From Candidatus Magasanikbacteria bacterium CG10_big_fil_rev_8_21_14_0_10_36_32 (GTDB lineage Bacteria; Patescibacteriota; Patescibacteriia; Magasanikbacterales; GWA2-37-8): a stretch of 64,000 nucleotides of DNA. The stretch is taken from positions 303,766 to 367,765 of the forward strand of contig PFBV01000003.1 of assembly GCA_002778465.1 (NCBI GenBank). Direction: 5' to 3'. Positions 48,178-57,805 of the stretch are shown piece by piece. The first letter of the stretch is position 1; every line of letters begins with the position of its first letter. The notes under the pieces are model-generated. The model was given only the letters and a program-made list of their open reading frames with translations, was not told where the DNA came from and made no database searches. The translations under genes were made by a program, and so were the position numbers.

Positions 48178-48203
48178 ACCCCGACTTCGGTCGGGGTTTT
48201 TTT
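48178..48203 (+). terminator. Intrinsic terminator with cUUCGg tetraloop
   Basis: ACCCCGAC-TTCG-GTCGGGGT-TTTTT. Confidence 0.9.
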
Positions 48204-48281
48204 ATTGTTCGCACAAGACTGTTCAGAAAATATAAATTAGGATAAAATACAAAGTGTAGAAAATAAAATTTAAAATAATTT

Positions 48282-48854
48282 ATGACTGAAATAAATAAAG
48301 TGAATGATAAAAACGGTTTTGTTCCAAAAGCATTTTGTGATGGAACAGAAGTATTTTTTTCATTTAAAAAGAAAACAGTGGAGCATACTGTCGGTTATTT
48401 TATTTTAGCGCCGTCAGGAGCGGGTAAAACACATTTTGTAAAAAACCAAAAAGAAAATCATTGGATTGACGGCGATCATCTTTGGATAGCGACAAACGCG
48501 CATCCGGATAGAGAATGGTGGCTTGAAAGCACAGTTTCCATGGACGAGATAGATCAGATGAGTGATATTATAACCATGCAAGCCAAAAAAATTGGATTAT
48601 GGGTTACCGGAGCTTCAAATAATTGGCTTCCACCAGATGCTGTTGTTTTACCGGATTGGAGAACGCACAAATCTTTCATTGTTAAACGCGAAAAAGAAAA
48701 TTATGACGGGGGAGCTAAAAGCAGTGATTTTAAGCAGGTTTTAGGTCACAGGGCTTATATTAAAAAAATAGCCCGGAAACACAAAACTCCGATTTTTAAA
48801 TCTATGGAAGACGCCGCAAATTATTTACAAAATAAATATAAAGAAAAACTATAG
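48282..48854 (+). CDS. P-loop NTPase/kinase-like protein
   Basis: FILAPSGAGKT, WIDGD. Confidence 0.6.
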   Translation: MTEINKVNDKNGFVPKAFCDGTEVFFSFKKKTVEHTVGYFILAPSGAGKTHFVKNQKENHWIDGDHLWIATNAHPDREWWLESTVSMDEIDQMSDIITMQAKKIGLWVTGASNNWLPPDAVVLPDWRTHKSFIVKREKENYDGGAKSSDFKQVLGHRAYIKKIARKHKTPIFKSMEDAANYLQNKYKEKL

Positions 48855-49700
48855 TTCCAGTTTGAATTCTTTTCCTTCAGTATTAACAGTTGCATTTCCA
48901 TCCGAATCTAAGTCTATAGATAATCCCGCTCCGTATTCCACGGGCAGATATGTTTCCGGTAAAGACTTATTCAAAACATATTTTTTTGTCCAGGGACTTA
49001 TCGTATCATAATGAGAAACACACCAAATAGCCAGTCGGCTGTTTGGTTTTTCTTTGTGAAACAAAGAGGAATATCTTTTTAAAACTTCAAGAAATTTTTC
49101 TATTCGGTCAGCCATTTCTTCCGGTCCTTCAGCGCCCATTTTTTCTCTGGTTTCTTTTTCAGTCTCAGTTTCAAAAGCTACCCAAAAATCCTTAAAATCA
49201 GGATACTTTTCTTTTAAAAATTTAACGAAATCAGGAGATTGTTCAAACATATGAGGTTCACGAAGTTTTACAACAGGTTTGGGTCCGCCTTTTTCCGCTC
49301 CGCGATAATCTCTGGAGAGATTAAGTAAGTTTTTTTCGCTGATGCCGTTTTCTACCAATAATTTTTTAATTTTTTTGGCTATTATATCTGCTGTTTCCAT
49401 TGACCTTGCCCCATTGCCATTGTAGACAGTATCGCTCGCCAAAACCAGAAAGAATAAATTATTTCGTTCTTGGGGTGGAACTCGTTCAATTAAATTTTTG
49501 ATTCGTTGTTCACTTTCTTTGGTACCAGTTTCTTTCCCTTTGGCTGTTAAATGACCTGCCTCTGTAGAATTTGTATCTCTGACAAATTCTTCATGTCTCT
49601 GTAATAATATTCTAGTTTCTCCCATATCCAACGGTCCGGCTTCAATACTTTTATTTGTTATTTTTTCGATAGATGTGTTGAAAGTTTCGTGTTGTTTCAT
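48849..49700 (-). CDS. Histidine-phosphatase-superfamily-like protein
   Basis: LLQRHE N-terminal motif, RSMETA, WCVSH C-terminal motif. Confidence 0.55.
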   Translation of the reverse strand: MKQHETFNTSIEKITNKSIEAGPLDMGETRILLQRHEEFVRDTNSTEAGHLTAKGKETGTKESEQRIKNLIERVPPQERNNLFFLVLASDTVYNGNGARSMETADIIAKKIKKLLVENGISEKNLLNLSRDYRGAEKGGPKPVVKLREPHMFEQSPDFVKFLKEKYPDFKDFWVAFETETEKETREKMGAEGPEEMADRIEKFLEVLKRYSSLFHKEKPNSRLAIWCVSHYDTISPWTKKYVLNKSLPETYLPVEYGAGLSIDLDSDGNATVNTEGKEFKLEL

Positions 49701-49825
49701 ATAATTTAAATTTATTTTTTTAAGATAAGTAGATTATAAAGTATAATTCAATTTTATTCCAGATAGCTCGGAATTGCAAGATGATTTTATATAAACAAAA
49801 CGACACAAATTATTGTGTCGTTTTG

Positions 49826-50063
49826 TTTTTGTGCCGCGAGTGGGAATTCCTCGTCGTCTCGCCGACCGCAACCGGCTCAACTCCTTGACCTGGGCAGCGT
49901 CGGACTTTCACTGAAAGTCCTCCGACGCTCCTCGCCTCATTTTTTCTTCCGAAAAAACTTCGGGCGTCGTTTCTGCCCGTTCGATTCCTTCTGTTCATGA
50001 TATATAAATAAAAACACCCCACGTATTGTGGAGTATTTTTATTTTTGTGCCGCGAGTGGGAAT
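49826..50063. mobile_element. 216-bp non-coding element bounded by a 22-bp direct repeat of the tRNA-Leu 3' end
   Basis: TTTTTGTGCCGCGAGTGGGAAT at 49826-49847 and 50042-50063; internal GC-rich hairpins. Confidence 0.7.
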
Positions 50064-50129
50064 CGAACCCACACGACCGAAGCCGCAGGATTTTAAGTCC
50101 TGTGCGTCTACCAATTCCGCCATCGCGGC
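50048..50129 (-). tRNA. tRNA-Leu(TAA)
   Basis: Reverse-strand cloverleaf with a variable arm, anticodon arm CAGGA-CTTAAAA-TCCTG. Confidence 0.94.
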
Positions 50130-50230
50130 TTAAAACAAAAAAATAATATCATAATTCCAATAAAAAATCAAGAGCTTATTATATTATATATAGATAGCAG
50201 AGGAGGTTGATTCGTGGTATAATGATTTAT

Positions 50231-52015
50231 ATGAGACCAATAAATAATCAAATGGTTGGTTTTACGTTAATTGAAGTTATTGTCGCGATAGCTATTTTTG
50301 CGTTATTTTCTTTTGGGGTTTTTGAAGGAGTGAGATTTATTTATAAAGTAGTTTATGTTTCACGTATTAGAATTTTGGAAACAGCCTTATTAAGTGAAGA
50401 ATTAGAAATAGTTCGCAATGTATCATATGGTGATGTTGGTATTTCAGGTGGTGTACCGTCTGGAATTTTAGAACATGAAAAAACTGTTACTAAAAATGGT
50501 ATTAATTTTAATTTAATAACGACCGTAAGAAATATTGATGATAGTTTTGATGGTACGATTGGTGGTGAACCCAATGATGTTTCTCCGGCTGATTATAAGT
50601 TGGTTGAAATTTCAGCTATTTGTTCAAACTGTGAGCAGAAAGAACCTGTCATTGTCAGTGCCAGAGTTTCCCCCAAACAACTTGAAGGTGCCAGTGATAA
50701 TGGTGCTTTATTTATTCAAGTATTTGATGCTAATGGTTTACCCGTTGAAGGAGCCAATGTTTATGTAATAAACACTTCAACTTCGCCGGATACTATTATA
50801 GATGACACAACCGATTCAACTGGTTTTCTTCGTATTATTGATACGCCAACAGGTACTTTAAGTTATAATATTTTAGTTACCAAAGATGGTTATTCTTCTG
50901 ATTATACGGTTACATCTTCAGTTGCCAATCCTAATCCTATAATACCCCCAGCCACTGTGATTAGTCAGTCTATTACTGATGTTAGTTTTTCAATTGATAG
51001 GTTGAGTTCAATGGATATTTCAACAGTCAATCAAGGTTGTGCAGCTGTTGGCAGTGTAAAGGTTTTTATGTATGGTGATAAAATTTTAGGAACCGATCCG
51101 TCAATTTATAAATATTCAAGTGGTTTCTATACTGATGGTAGCGGTAACTATAGTTTTCCATCATTGGAATGGGATAAGTATTTTATTGTGGTTACCACCA
51201 CCTATGATGTGGCCGGTTCAATTCCTCTTTTACCTGTTAATTTGACACCAGGTTTACATCAAGAAGCAACATTGGTTTTGCGAACCCACACAACCAATTC
51301 TTTGTTGGTGCAAGTTAAAGATGCTGGTACCGGATTGCCGCTGTCTGACACTAGTGTGCGTTTATATAAAACCGGGTATGATTCAACATTGGTTACGGGT
51401 TTTGGTTATGTTAGACAGACTGATTGGGGCGGTGGCAGCGGACAAACTTTGTTTATTAATGAAACAAAATATTGGACTGACAATGGAAATATTTCAGCTT
51501 CTTCTGGAGATGTTAAGTTAAAAAAATCAGGCAGTCATTACGCGACCAGCGGTTGGTTAGAATCGTCAACTTTTGATTTGGGAACAGTGGTTGATTTTAG
51601 TAATATAGTTATTTCCGGCAATCAACCGGCGCAAACCGGAGTTAATTCATTAAAATTTTATATTGCTACCAGTAATTCAAGTACACCGGTCAGTTGGAAT
51701 TTTGTTGGTCCCGATGGTACGGCAGGAACTTATTATACGGTGACCAGTACATTGATTAATAGCATGCATGATGACCAGCGTTATTTGCGTTATCGCGCGT
51801 TTTTAACTACTACTGACAACCATTATACGCCGACATTGTCTGAATTGGCTTTTACTTTTACTACCGGTTGTACGCCGCCGGGTCAAGTATTTTTTTATTC
51901 TTTATCCGCCGATGATTATGTTTGCGAACTAACTCGTAGTGGTTATGCTTCGTCCAGTAGCACAATAACTATTTCGGGCAACAATACTTTAACCGCTTTT
52001 ATGTCACCAGAATAA
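50231..52015 (+). CDS. Large type IV minor pilin with carboxypeptidase-regulatory-like domains
   Basis: GFTLIEVIVAIAIF prepilin motif; IQVFDANGLPVEGA and VQVKDAGTGLPL repeats. Confidence 0.82.
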   Translation: MRPINNQMVGFTLIEVIVAIAIFALFSFGVFEGVRFIYKVVYVSRIRILETALLSEELEIVRNVSYGDVGISGGVPSGILEHEKTVTKNGINFNLITTVRNIDDSFDGTIGGEPNDVSPADYKLVEISAICSNCEQKEPVIVSARVSPKQLEGASDNGALFIQVFDANGLPVEGANVYVINTSTSPDTIIDDTTDSTGFLRIIDTPTGTLSYNILVTKDGYSSDYTVTSSVANPNPIIPPATVISQSITDVSFSIDRLSSMDISTVNQGCAAVGSVKVFMYGDKILGTDPSIYKYSSGFYTDGSGNYSFPSLEWDKYFIVVTTTYDVAGSIPLLPVNLTPGLHQEATLVLRTHTTNSLLVQVKDAGTGLPLSDTSVRLYKTGYDSTLVTGFGYVRQTDWGGGSGQTLFINETKYWTDNGNISASSGDVKLKKSGSHYATSGWLESSTFDLGTVVDFSNIVISGNQPAQTGVNSLKFYIATSNSSTPVSWNFVGPDGTAGTYYTVTSTLINSMHDDQRYLRYRAFLTTTDNHYTPTLSELAFTFTTGCTPPGQVFFYSLSADDYVCELTRSGYASSSSTITISGNNTLTAFMSPE

Positions 52016-52017
52016 TT

Positions 52018-52635
52018 ATGAAATTATTTTGTCAAGACAAACGAGGATTAACTTTGATAGAACTTTTAGTTAGTATTGGTATTTTTGTTTTGGTATCTGC
52101 CGCTCTAGCTTCTATTTTAAGTGTTGTGTTTCAAGCCAGAACAATTATTTGGGAACAATTATCTACTCAAAAAGAAGGTCGTCAGATTGTGCAAGATTTT
52201 ACCAATGAATTGCGTAGTGCGACTGCGTCGTCAATCGGTGCTTATTCTTTGGAATCAGCACAAAATGATGAAATTATTTTTTACAGCAATATAGACAGCG
52301 ATAGTTGGAGAGAACGAATTAGATATTTTTTGTCAGATGGAATATTACAAAAAGGAATTACAAAACCTAGTGGCACCCCTTTGGGTTACTCTACCTCAAC
52401 CGACGAAGTTATTACGGAGATGATACATGATGTTATTAATGGAACCACTACGCCAGTTTTTTATTACTATGATGAAAACTACACTGGTTCGGAGAACCCG
52501 ATGACGTTGCCAATTGTATTGTCAGAGGTTAGGGTGGTCGGTATAAAATTAATTTTGGAGGAAAATCCGCGGATGTCGCCAGCGCCATTGCAAGTTGAAA
52601 CTAAAGCGCAAATTAGAAATCTAAAAAGCAATTGA
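52018..52635 (+). CDS. Type IV minor pilin (PilW-like)
   Basis: RGLTLIELLVSIGIF prepilin motif. Confidence 0.82.
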   Translation: MKLFCQDKRGLTLIELLVSIGIFVLVSAALASILSVVFQARTIIWEQLSTQKEGRQIVQDFTNELRSATASSIGAYSLESAQNDEIIFYSNIDSDSWRERIRYFLSDGILQKGITKPSGTPLGYSTSTDEVITEMIHDVINGTTTPVFYYYDENYTGSENPMTLPIVLSEVRVVGIKLILEENPRMSPAPLQVETKAQIRNLKSN

Positions 52636-52645
52636 TTGTATTGTT

Positions 52646-54037
52646 ATGATTAAAATTAGTTTTTTTAAAAATTCGTTTAAATTTGATTGTCGTGGCAATA
52701 TTATGATATTTGCAGTAATTTTTGGTGTAATTGCCACATCAGTTGTGACCATAGCCATCTCTAGTTATGCAATTTTTGAAAATCGTGCTTCTCTTAGTAA
52801 ACATAATCGCGAACAAGCCTTTCAAATTGCTGAGGCGGGAATTGATTATTACCGTTGGCATTTAGCTCACGATAAAGCCGATTATTATGATGGTAATAGT
52901 AGTTCTACACCCGGACCGTATGTTCATGAATATCAGGATAAAGATGGTAATCCAATAGGATATTTTTCTCTAGTTATTACTCCGCCAGTATCAACCTCAA
53001 CTATTATTTTAATAGAATCAACCGGTTGGGTGAATGATCAGCCGAATAGTCGCAGAACCATAAAAGCACGGTTGGGTTTTCCGGCCATGACTGATTATTC
53101 TTTTTTAACTAAAACAGATGTTTGGATTGGCGATACGGAAGTGACTCACGGAAAGTTTCATGCTAATGGCGGTATTAGATTTGATGGAACCGGTGATGCG
53201 CCAATTACCAGTGCTGTGGAAACCTATATTTGTAAAGCTCATCATGGTTGCGGTTGGGTATCAAAACCTGGAATTTGGGGAACGGGTGGTCCGACATTGT
53301 ATTGGGAATACCCTGTGCCGGCAGTCGATTTTAATATTGTCACTGCTAAGTTGGCCAATATTAAGTATACAGCCGATTCAGATGAAGGATTGTATTTAAC
53401 TTCATCCGGACAACAGGGTTATCGTTTACAATTTACTGCCGATGGTCAAATTAATGTTAATAAAGTTTTAACCACTGATTGTCATGATGGTTATGATGTA
53501 GACGCCAGTCATAAGACACTTTTTTGCATTGATGCCAAAACTTTTGACACCACCACAACTTATAATATGCCGACTAATGGTTATATATATGTTGATGATA
53601 CAGTTTGGGTTAATGGAATAGTTAATGGGCGAGCTACCATAGGCACAGCCGAAGACAAAGATATTATCATTAATGATGATATTATTTATGTTGCCAAAGA
53701 CGGTAATCATGTTTTGGGTTTAATTTCAGAACAAAATATTTTATTACCTTATCATTCCCCGGAAGATTTAGAAGTTGATGCGGCAATTTTGGCGCAAAAT
53801 GGCGCGGCTAAACGTTATTATTATTCAGGTAATACAAAAGACAGTTTGTTGATTTATGGTTGTGTTATTTCTAACGGAACATGGACTTGGAGTTGGGTGT
53901 CTGGTGGCGGTTCAATTGTTTCCGGTTATGAATATACCAATTCTACTTATGATGCTAATCTAACTTATAGCCCGCCACCCGGTTTTCCGGTAGGTTCGGA
54001 ATACAATATTATCAGCTGGGAAGAAATCAAGCCTTAA
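52646..54037 (+). CDS. PilX-like minor pilin
   Basis: RGNIMIFAVIF, QAFQIAEAGIDY, IESTGW, ends PPPGFP...WEEI. Confidence 0.78.
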   Translation: MIKISFFKNSFKFDCRGNIMIFAVIFGVIATSVVTIAISSYAIFENRASLSKHNREQAFQIAEAGIDYYRWHLAHDKADYYDGNSSSTPGPYVHEYQDKDGNPIGYFSLVITPPVSTSTIILIESTGWVNDQPNSRRTIKARLGFPAMTDYSFLTKTDVWIGDTEVTHGKFHANGGIRFDGTGDAPITSAVETYICKAHHGCGWVSKPGIWGTGGPTLYWEYPVPAVDFNIVTAKLANIKYTADSDEGLYLTSSGQQGYRLQFTADGQINVNKVLTTDCHDGYDVDASHKTLFCIDAKTFDTTTTYNMPTNGYIYVDDTVWVNGIVNGRATIGTAEDKDIIINDDIIYVAKDGNHVLGLISEQNILLPYHSPEDLEVDAAILAQNGAAKRYYYSGNTKDSLLIYGCVISNGTWTWSWVSGGGSIVSGYEYTNSTYDANLTYSPPPGFPVGSEYNIISWEEIKP

Positions 54038-54120
54038 TTAAAAATCTTGCTGAATGTTGCGAAAAAAAAGGCGGTTTGATATACTATTTTTAAAATAAGG
54101 CAGTTAATTTTTTAATTTTT

Positions 54121-54969
54121 ATGACAAAACAAATAGTTACAAAAGGAGTTATTACTGTCGCGGGTTTGGGAACGAGATTTTTACCGGTCACAAAAGCTAT
54201 GCCGAAAGAAATGTTGCCGGTTTTAGACAAACCAGTTGTACAGTATATTGTGGAAGAAATGGCTGCCAGTGGTATAAAAGAAATTATTTTTGTTACCAGC
54301 TCGCAGAAACGTGCCATTGAAGATCATTTTGATCATGATAGACAGTTAGAAAGTGTTTTAAAAGAAAAAGGTAAATACGACAGTATTAAACCGCTAGTGG
54401 AATTAATTGATAAATTACGTTTTTTTTATACTCGTCAATCAGAACCTTTGGGAAACGGGCACGCTTTATTGTGTGCCAAAGAATTTATTGGCGATGAACC
54501 GTTTGTTTTTTCAGATGGCGACAGTATTATTGACAGTCAGGTGCCGGTTATTAAACAACTATTAGATATTTATTATAAAAAAAACGCATCGGTCATTGGA
54601 GTACAAAGTATAGATAATAAAACGGATATGACTAAGTATGGCAATGTGTATGGTACAAAAACCGATGAGCCAAAAATTTATAAAGTAGAAAAATTTTTAG
54701 AAAAACCTTCAATTGAGGAGGTTTCCCCGCTTGGTTTGATTGTGGGTGGCATGAGATATGTTTTTACCAAGGATATTTGGCCTTTATTAGAAAAACAAGG
54801 CAGAGGAAGCGGTGGAGAAATTTGGTTGGCTGACGCAGCTAATCAGTTGTCTCAAGAAAAACCTTTTTATGCTTGTGAATATGAAGGAAAATATTTTGAT
54901 ACAGGTAATAAGTTGGCATTACTTAAAACAGCTATGTATTTTGCCAAGAAGGAAGGTTTGTTAGATTAA
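54121..54969 (+). CDS. galU: UTP--glucose-1-phosphate uridylyltransferase
   Basis: AGLGTRFLPVTKAMPKEMLPVLDKP, QSEPLGNGHA, GEIWLADA. Confidence 0.88.
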   Translation: MTKQIVTKGVITVAGLGTRFLPVTKAMPKEMLPVLDKPVVQYIVEEMAASGIKEIIFVTSSQKRAIEDHFDHDRQLESVLKEKGKYDSIKPLVELIDKLRFFYTRQSEPLGNGHALLCAKEFIGDEPFVFSDGDSIIDSQVPVIKQLLDIYYKKNASVIGVQSIDNKTDMTKYGNVYGTKTDEPKIYKVEKFLEKPSIEEVSPLGLIVGGMRYVFTKDIWPLLEKQGRGSGGEIWLADAANQLSQEKPFYACEYEGKYFDTGNKLALLKTAMYFAKKEGLLD

Positions 54970-55022
54970 TGATATTTTTTGTGTTATAATACTTCGGCAT
55001 TAAGATACAATTATCAAATCGT

Positions 55023-56423
55023 ATGATTAAAATTACAAAGAAATTTTATCCCCTATTTTTAGTAGTGGTTTTTTTATTATTTTCAGGTTTTGGCTGTAAA
55101 GGATTATCACAAACTGAATTGCAAGCTACAAAATCTGTGGAATTGGAATACTGGACAGTTTATGATGATGTTGATGCAATGCAAGCTCAAATTAATAATT
55201 ATCGAGCGCAAAGACCGTATTTGACTGTAACAATAAGACAATTGCGAGCTGATGAGTTATATCCGCGTTTGATTGAAGCTTTAGCGGAAGATAAGGGTCC
55301 TGATATTGTTTCGGTTCAGGCAAAAAATATTCGCAGTTTTCAAAGTAAATTGGCAACCATGCCATCCAGTGTAAAAGACACTACAATTACAGTTCAAAAA
55401 AATGTGGTTGGTACAGAAACAATAGTTAATACCGCTTCAATAAATTTACCCTCGGTTAGTCAGATTGACAGAGAATATGTTCAAACAGTTAAAAAGGATG
55501 TAATTGTTGATAACAAAATTTATGGTTTGCCAATGTCTTTAGATACTATGGCAATTTATTATAATAAAGATCTATTAGATCGTTCCGGCGTGCCGGAACC
55601 GCCAACAAATTGGAACGATTTTCAGGCGGCGGTTAGAAAGATTACAAAATACAACAAAGAAACAGGACAACTTATTCAGTCCGGTGCGGCTTTGGGCAGT
55701 AGTGCGAATATAGAAAATTTTGATGATATTTTATATATTCTTTTTAAACAAAGCGATGTGGATTTTATAGATAGAAATGGCCGGGTCGCCTTTCATGTTG
55801 TGCCAAGTAATTTAAAAAGTTCCGAGTCACCGTCTACAGGAGTGATGAGTTTTTATACCGATTTTGCTAATTCTGCTCGCGATACATATACTTGGAATTC
55901 CCAAATGGAAAATTCTTTAGACAGTTTTACCAAAGGGAAAGTCGCTTTCTTTTTTGGGTATAGTTATCATAATGGTATAATTAAGACTCGCGCTCCGCAA
56001 CTTAATTATGGCGTTACTCCGATGATTCAGCTTAATGCTGAAAAACCAGTTAACGCGGCGGATTATTGGATTCAAGCGGTGGTGCAGAAATCAAAAAAAC
56101 AAAATGAAGCATGGGGTTTGATAAATTATTTAACTCACAGTTCAAAAGCGGTTGAAGAATATTTAACTGCCACCAAGCGACCTGCCGCTATGCGTTCATT
56201 AATTAATAAACAAAAAGAAGATGTTGATTTGTCTCCATTTGCCGGGCAATTACTTATCGCTGAAAATTGGTATCGTGGTAAAAATTATGATGGTGCCTCG
56301 CAAGCTCTTGGCGCTATGGTTGAAGAATGGTTAAATACACCGATTACCGATGCCAGTCGAGTAGCTCAGTGGCAACAAGATGTTTTGAATCGCGCCGCTT
56401 CGAAAGTTAATCAAACTTTTTAG
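55023..56423 (+). CDS. Extracellular solute-binding lipoprotein (sugar-type ABC SBP)
   Basis: Lipobox SGFGC, KGPDI, YGLPMSLDTMAIYYNKDLL. Confidence 0.85.
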   Translation: MIKITKKFYPLFLVVVFLLFSGFGCKGLSQTELQATKSVELEYWTVYDDVDAMQAQINNYRAQRPYLTVTIRQLRADELYPRLIEALAEDKGPDIVSVQAKNIRSFQSKLATMPSSVKDTTITVQKNVVGTETIVNTASINLPSVSQIDREYVQTVKKDVIVDNKIYGLPMSLDTMAIYYNKDLLDRSGVPEPPTNWNDFQAAVRKITKYNKETGQLIQSGAALGSSANIENFDDILYILFKQSDVDFIDRNGRVAFHVVPSNLKSSESPSTGVMSFYTDFANSARDTYTWNSQMENSLDSFTKGKVAFFFGYSYHNGIIKTRAPQLNYGVTPMIQLNAEKPVNAADYWIQAVVQKSKKQNEAWGLINYLTHSSKAVEEYLTATKRPAAMRSLINKQKEDVDLSPFAGQLLIAENWYRGKNYDGASQALGAMVEEWLNTPITDASRVAQWQQDVLNRAASKVNQTF

Positions 56424-56424
56424 T

Positions 56425-56865
56425 ATGAAATCCATTTTAAAATTAATTGTTATTTTAATTTGTTTACAGTTTTTATTGTTACCGTCGGATGCGGTTTTTG
56501 CTCAAGAAACAAGCGCTCAGTCGTCTGGTTTTCTTCCGGAATGTATATTAAACGGGGATATTAGCGGGGGACAATGCGGTGACAGTGCGGATATATTTTT
56601 ATGGTTAGCAATTAATGTTGGACGCTATTTGTTTTCGTTTATTGGAGCTTTGGCTTTATTATTTTTTGTTTATGGTGGTGTAATTTTAATTACCTCTCAA
56701 GGTAATCGTGAAAATGTCAGCAAGGGAACCAAAGCAATGGTGGCCGCCGTTACAGGTTTGGTGATTGCTTTTAGTGGTTATGCTTTAATTACTTTCCTTA
56801 GTCAATCGGTTGGAGTTAAATCTGAATTTTTATTAACTCCACAAAATACTGCTACTAAAAAATAA
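56425..56865 (+). CDS. TrbC/VirB2-like pilin 1
   Basis: Signal peptide, then two TMs flanking YGGVILITSQGNRENVSKG. Confidence 0.78.
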   Translation: MKSILKLIVILICLQFLLLPSDAVFAQETSAQSSGFLPECILNGDISGGQCGDSADIFLWLAINVGRYLFSFIGALALLFFVYGGVILITSQGNRENVSKGTKAMVAAVTGLVIAFSGYALITFLSQSVGVKSEFLLTPQNTATKK

Positions 56866-56869
56866 ATTT

Positions 56870-57346
56870 ATGAAATTTTTAAGAGTTAAAATTTTAATTT
56901 GTTTGTTGGTTAGTTTATTTTTGGTTGCCAGTGTAAAAGCTGAAGAATGTGACCCTCTTTATCAATCATGTGAAGGACAGTCAGTTGAATCTGCTGAACA
57001 AGAATTGCAAGATATTTTGGGTGAATCACAATCGGTTCAAGAACCAAGCACTCAAGCAGAAGTGTATGAATTTAAAAATATTAAAAAACAAGCGGCCAGT
57101 TTGAATCCGTTGAATATTTCTGGTCCGTCTGATTTGTTTGCTAATGCTATAAATTTAATGATGGCCTTTATTGGTTCAATCGCCATCCTTTTATATATTT
57201 ACGCTGGATTTTTGTGGATGTCTGCCGCTGGTAATTCTGAACGGGTCGGTAAAGCTAAAACTATTCTTATTTGGACTACTTTAGGTGCGGTTGCTATGGG
57301 TGCCAGTTATATGATAGTTAAAACCGTGCTTGAGAAAGTGGGTTAA
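56870..57346 (+). CDS. TrbC/VirB2-like pilin 2
   Basis: YAGFLWMSAAGNSERVGKAK. Confidence 0.8.
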   Translation: MKFLRVKILICLLVSLFLVASVKAEECDPLYQSCEGQSVESAEQELQDILGESQSVQEPSTQAEVYEFKNIKKQAASLNPLNISGPSDLFANAINLMMAFIGSIAILLYIYAGFLWMSAAGNSERVGKAKTILIWTTLGAVAMGASYMIVKTVLEKVG

Positions 57347-57356
57347 TTATTATTTT

Positions 57357-57719
57357 ATGAAAAAAATAATATTATTTTTGACAATAGTTAGCTGTATATG
57401 GACAGCGATGCCTTTGAGCACAACCACAGTTAATGCGGCTGAACCAGAAACCGTGAAATTAGAAAATCCTTTAACAGTTGATGCTAATCCGTCGTCAATA
57501 ATTGGTTTGTTTATCAAAGCAATCTTAGGAATAGTTGGTGGGTTGGCTTTGGTTATGGCTGTGTATGGCGGTTTTCAATGGCTGACGGCCGCAGGCAACA
57601 AAGAAAAGATAGATAGTGGTAGTAAAACTATGCTTTGGGCGGTGGTTGGTTTGATACTTACTCTAAGCAGTTATTTATTGGTGGATACTTTCTTGAATTT
57701 TTTAAAGGGTGGCAGATAA
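57357..57719 (+). CDS. TrbC/VirB2-like pilin 3
   Basis: LENPL...YGGFQWLTAAGNKEKI. Confidence 0.8.
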   Translation: MKKIILFLTIVSCIWTAMPLSTTTVNAAEPETVKLENPLTVDANPSSIIGLFIKAILGIVGGLALVMAVYGGFQWLTAAGNKEKIDSGSKTMLWAVVGLILTLSSYLLVDTFLNFLKGGR

Positions 57720-57728
57720 AAATTAAGA

Positions 57729-57801
57729 TTGTGCGATGTTTCGTTTATTGTTATAATAAATATAAGTTAAAATATGATAAATTTTACTGGAAAGGGGGTG
57801 A
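57729..57801 (+). promoter_or_regulatory. Internal promoter and strong SD for pilin 4
   Basis: TTGTGC 57729, 17-nt spacer, TGtTATAAT 57749-57757; AAAGGGGGTGA before ATG 57806. Confidence 0.65.
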
Positions 57802-57805
57802 CAAT

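Noticed and set aside
12280-48203. Integron cassette array as the explanation for the single-gene units
   Set aside because: The units are dispersed rather than tandem, carry their own promoters, show no recognisable attC structure, and no IntI is present.
49870-49880. AACCGGCTCAA in the tRNA-Leu element matches TACCGGCTCGG (24988-24998) with differences only at A, like a DGR template/variable pair
   Set aside because: The match is only 11 nt and breaks at non-A positions on both sides. A real template repeat would align over roughly 100 nt.
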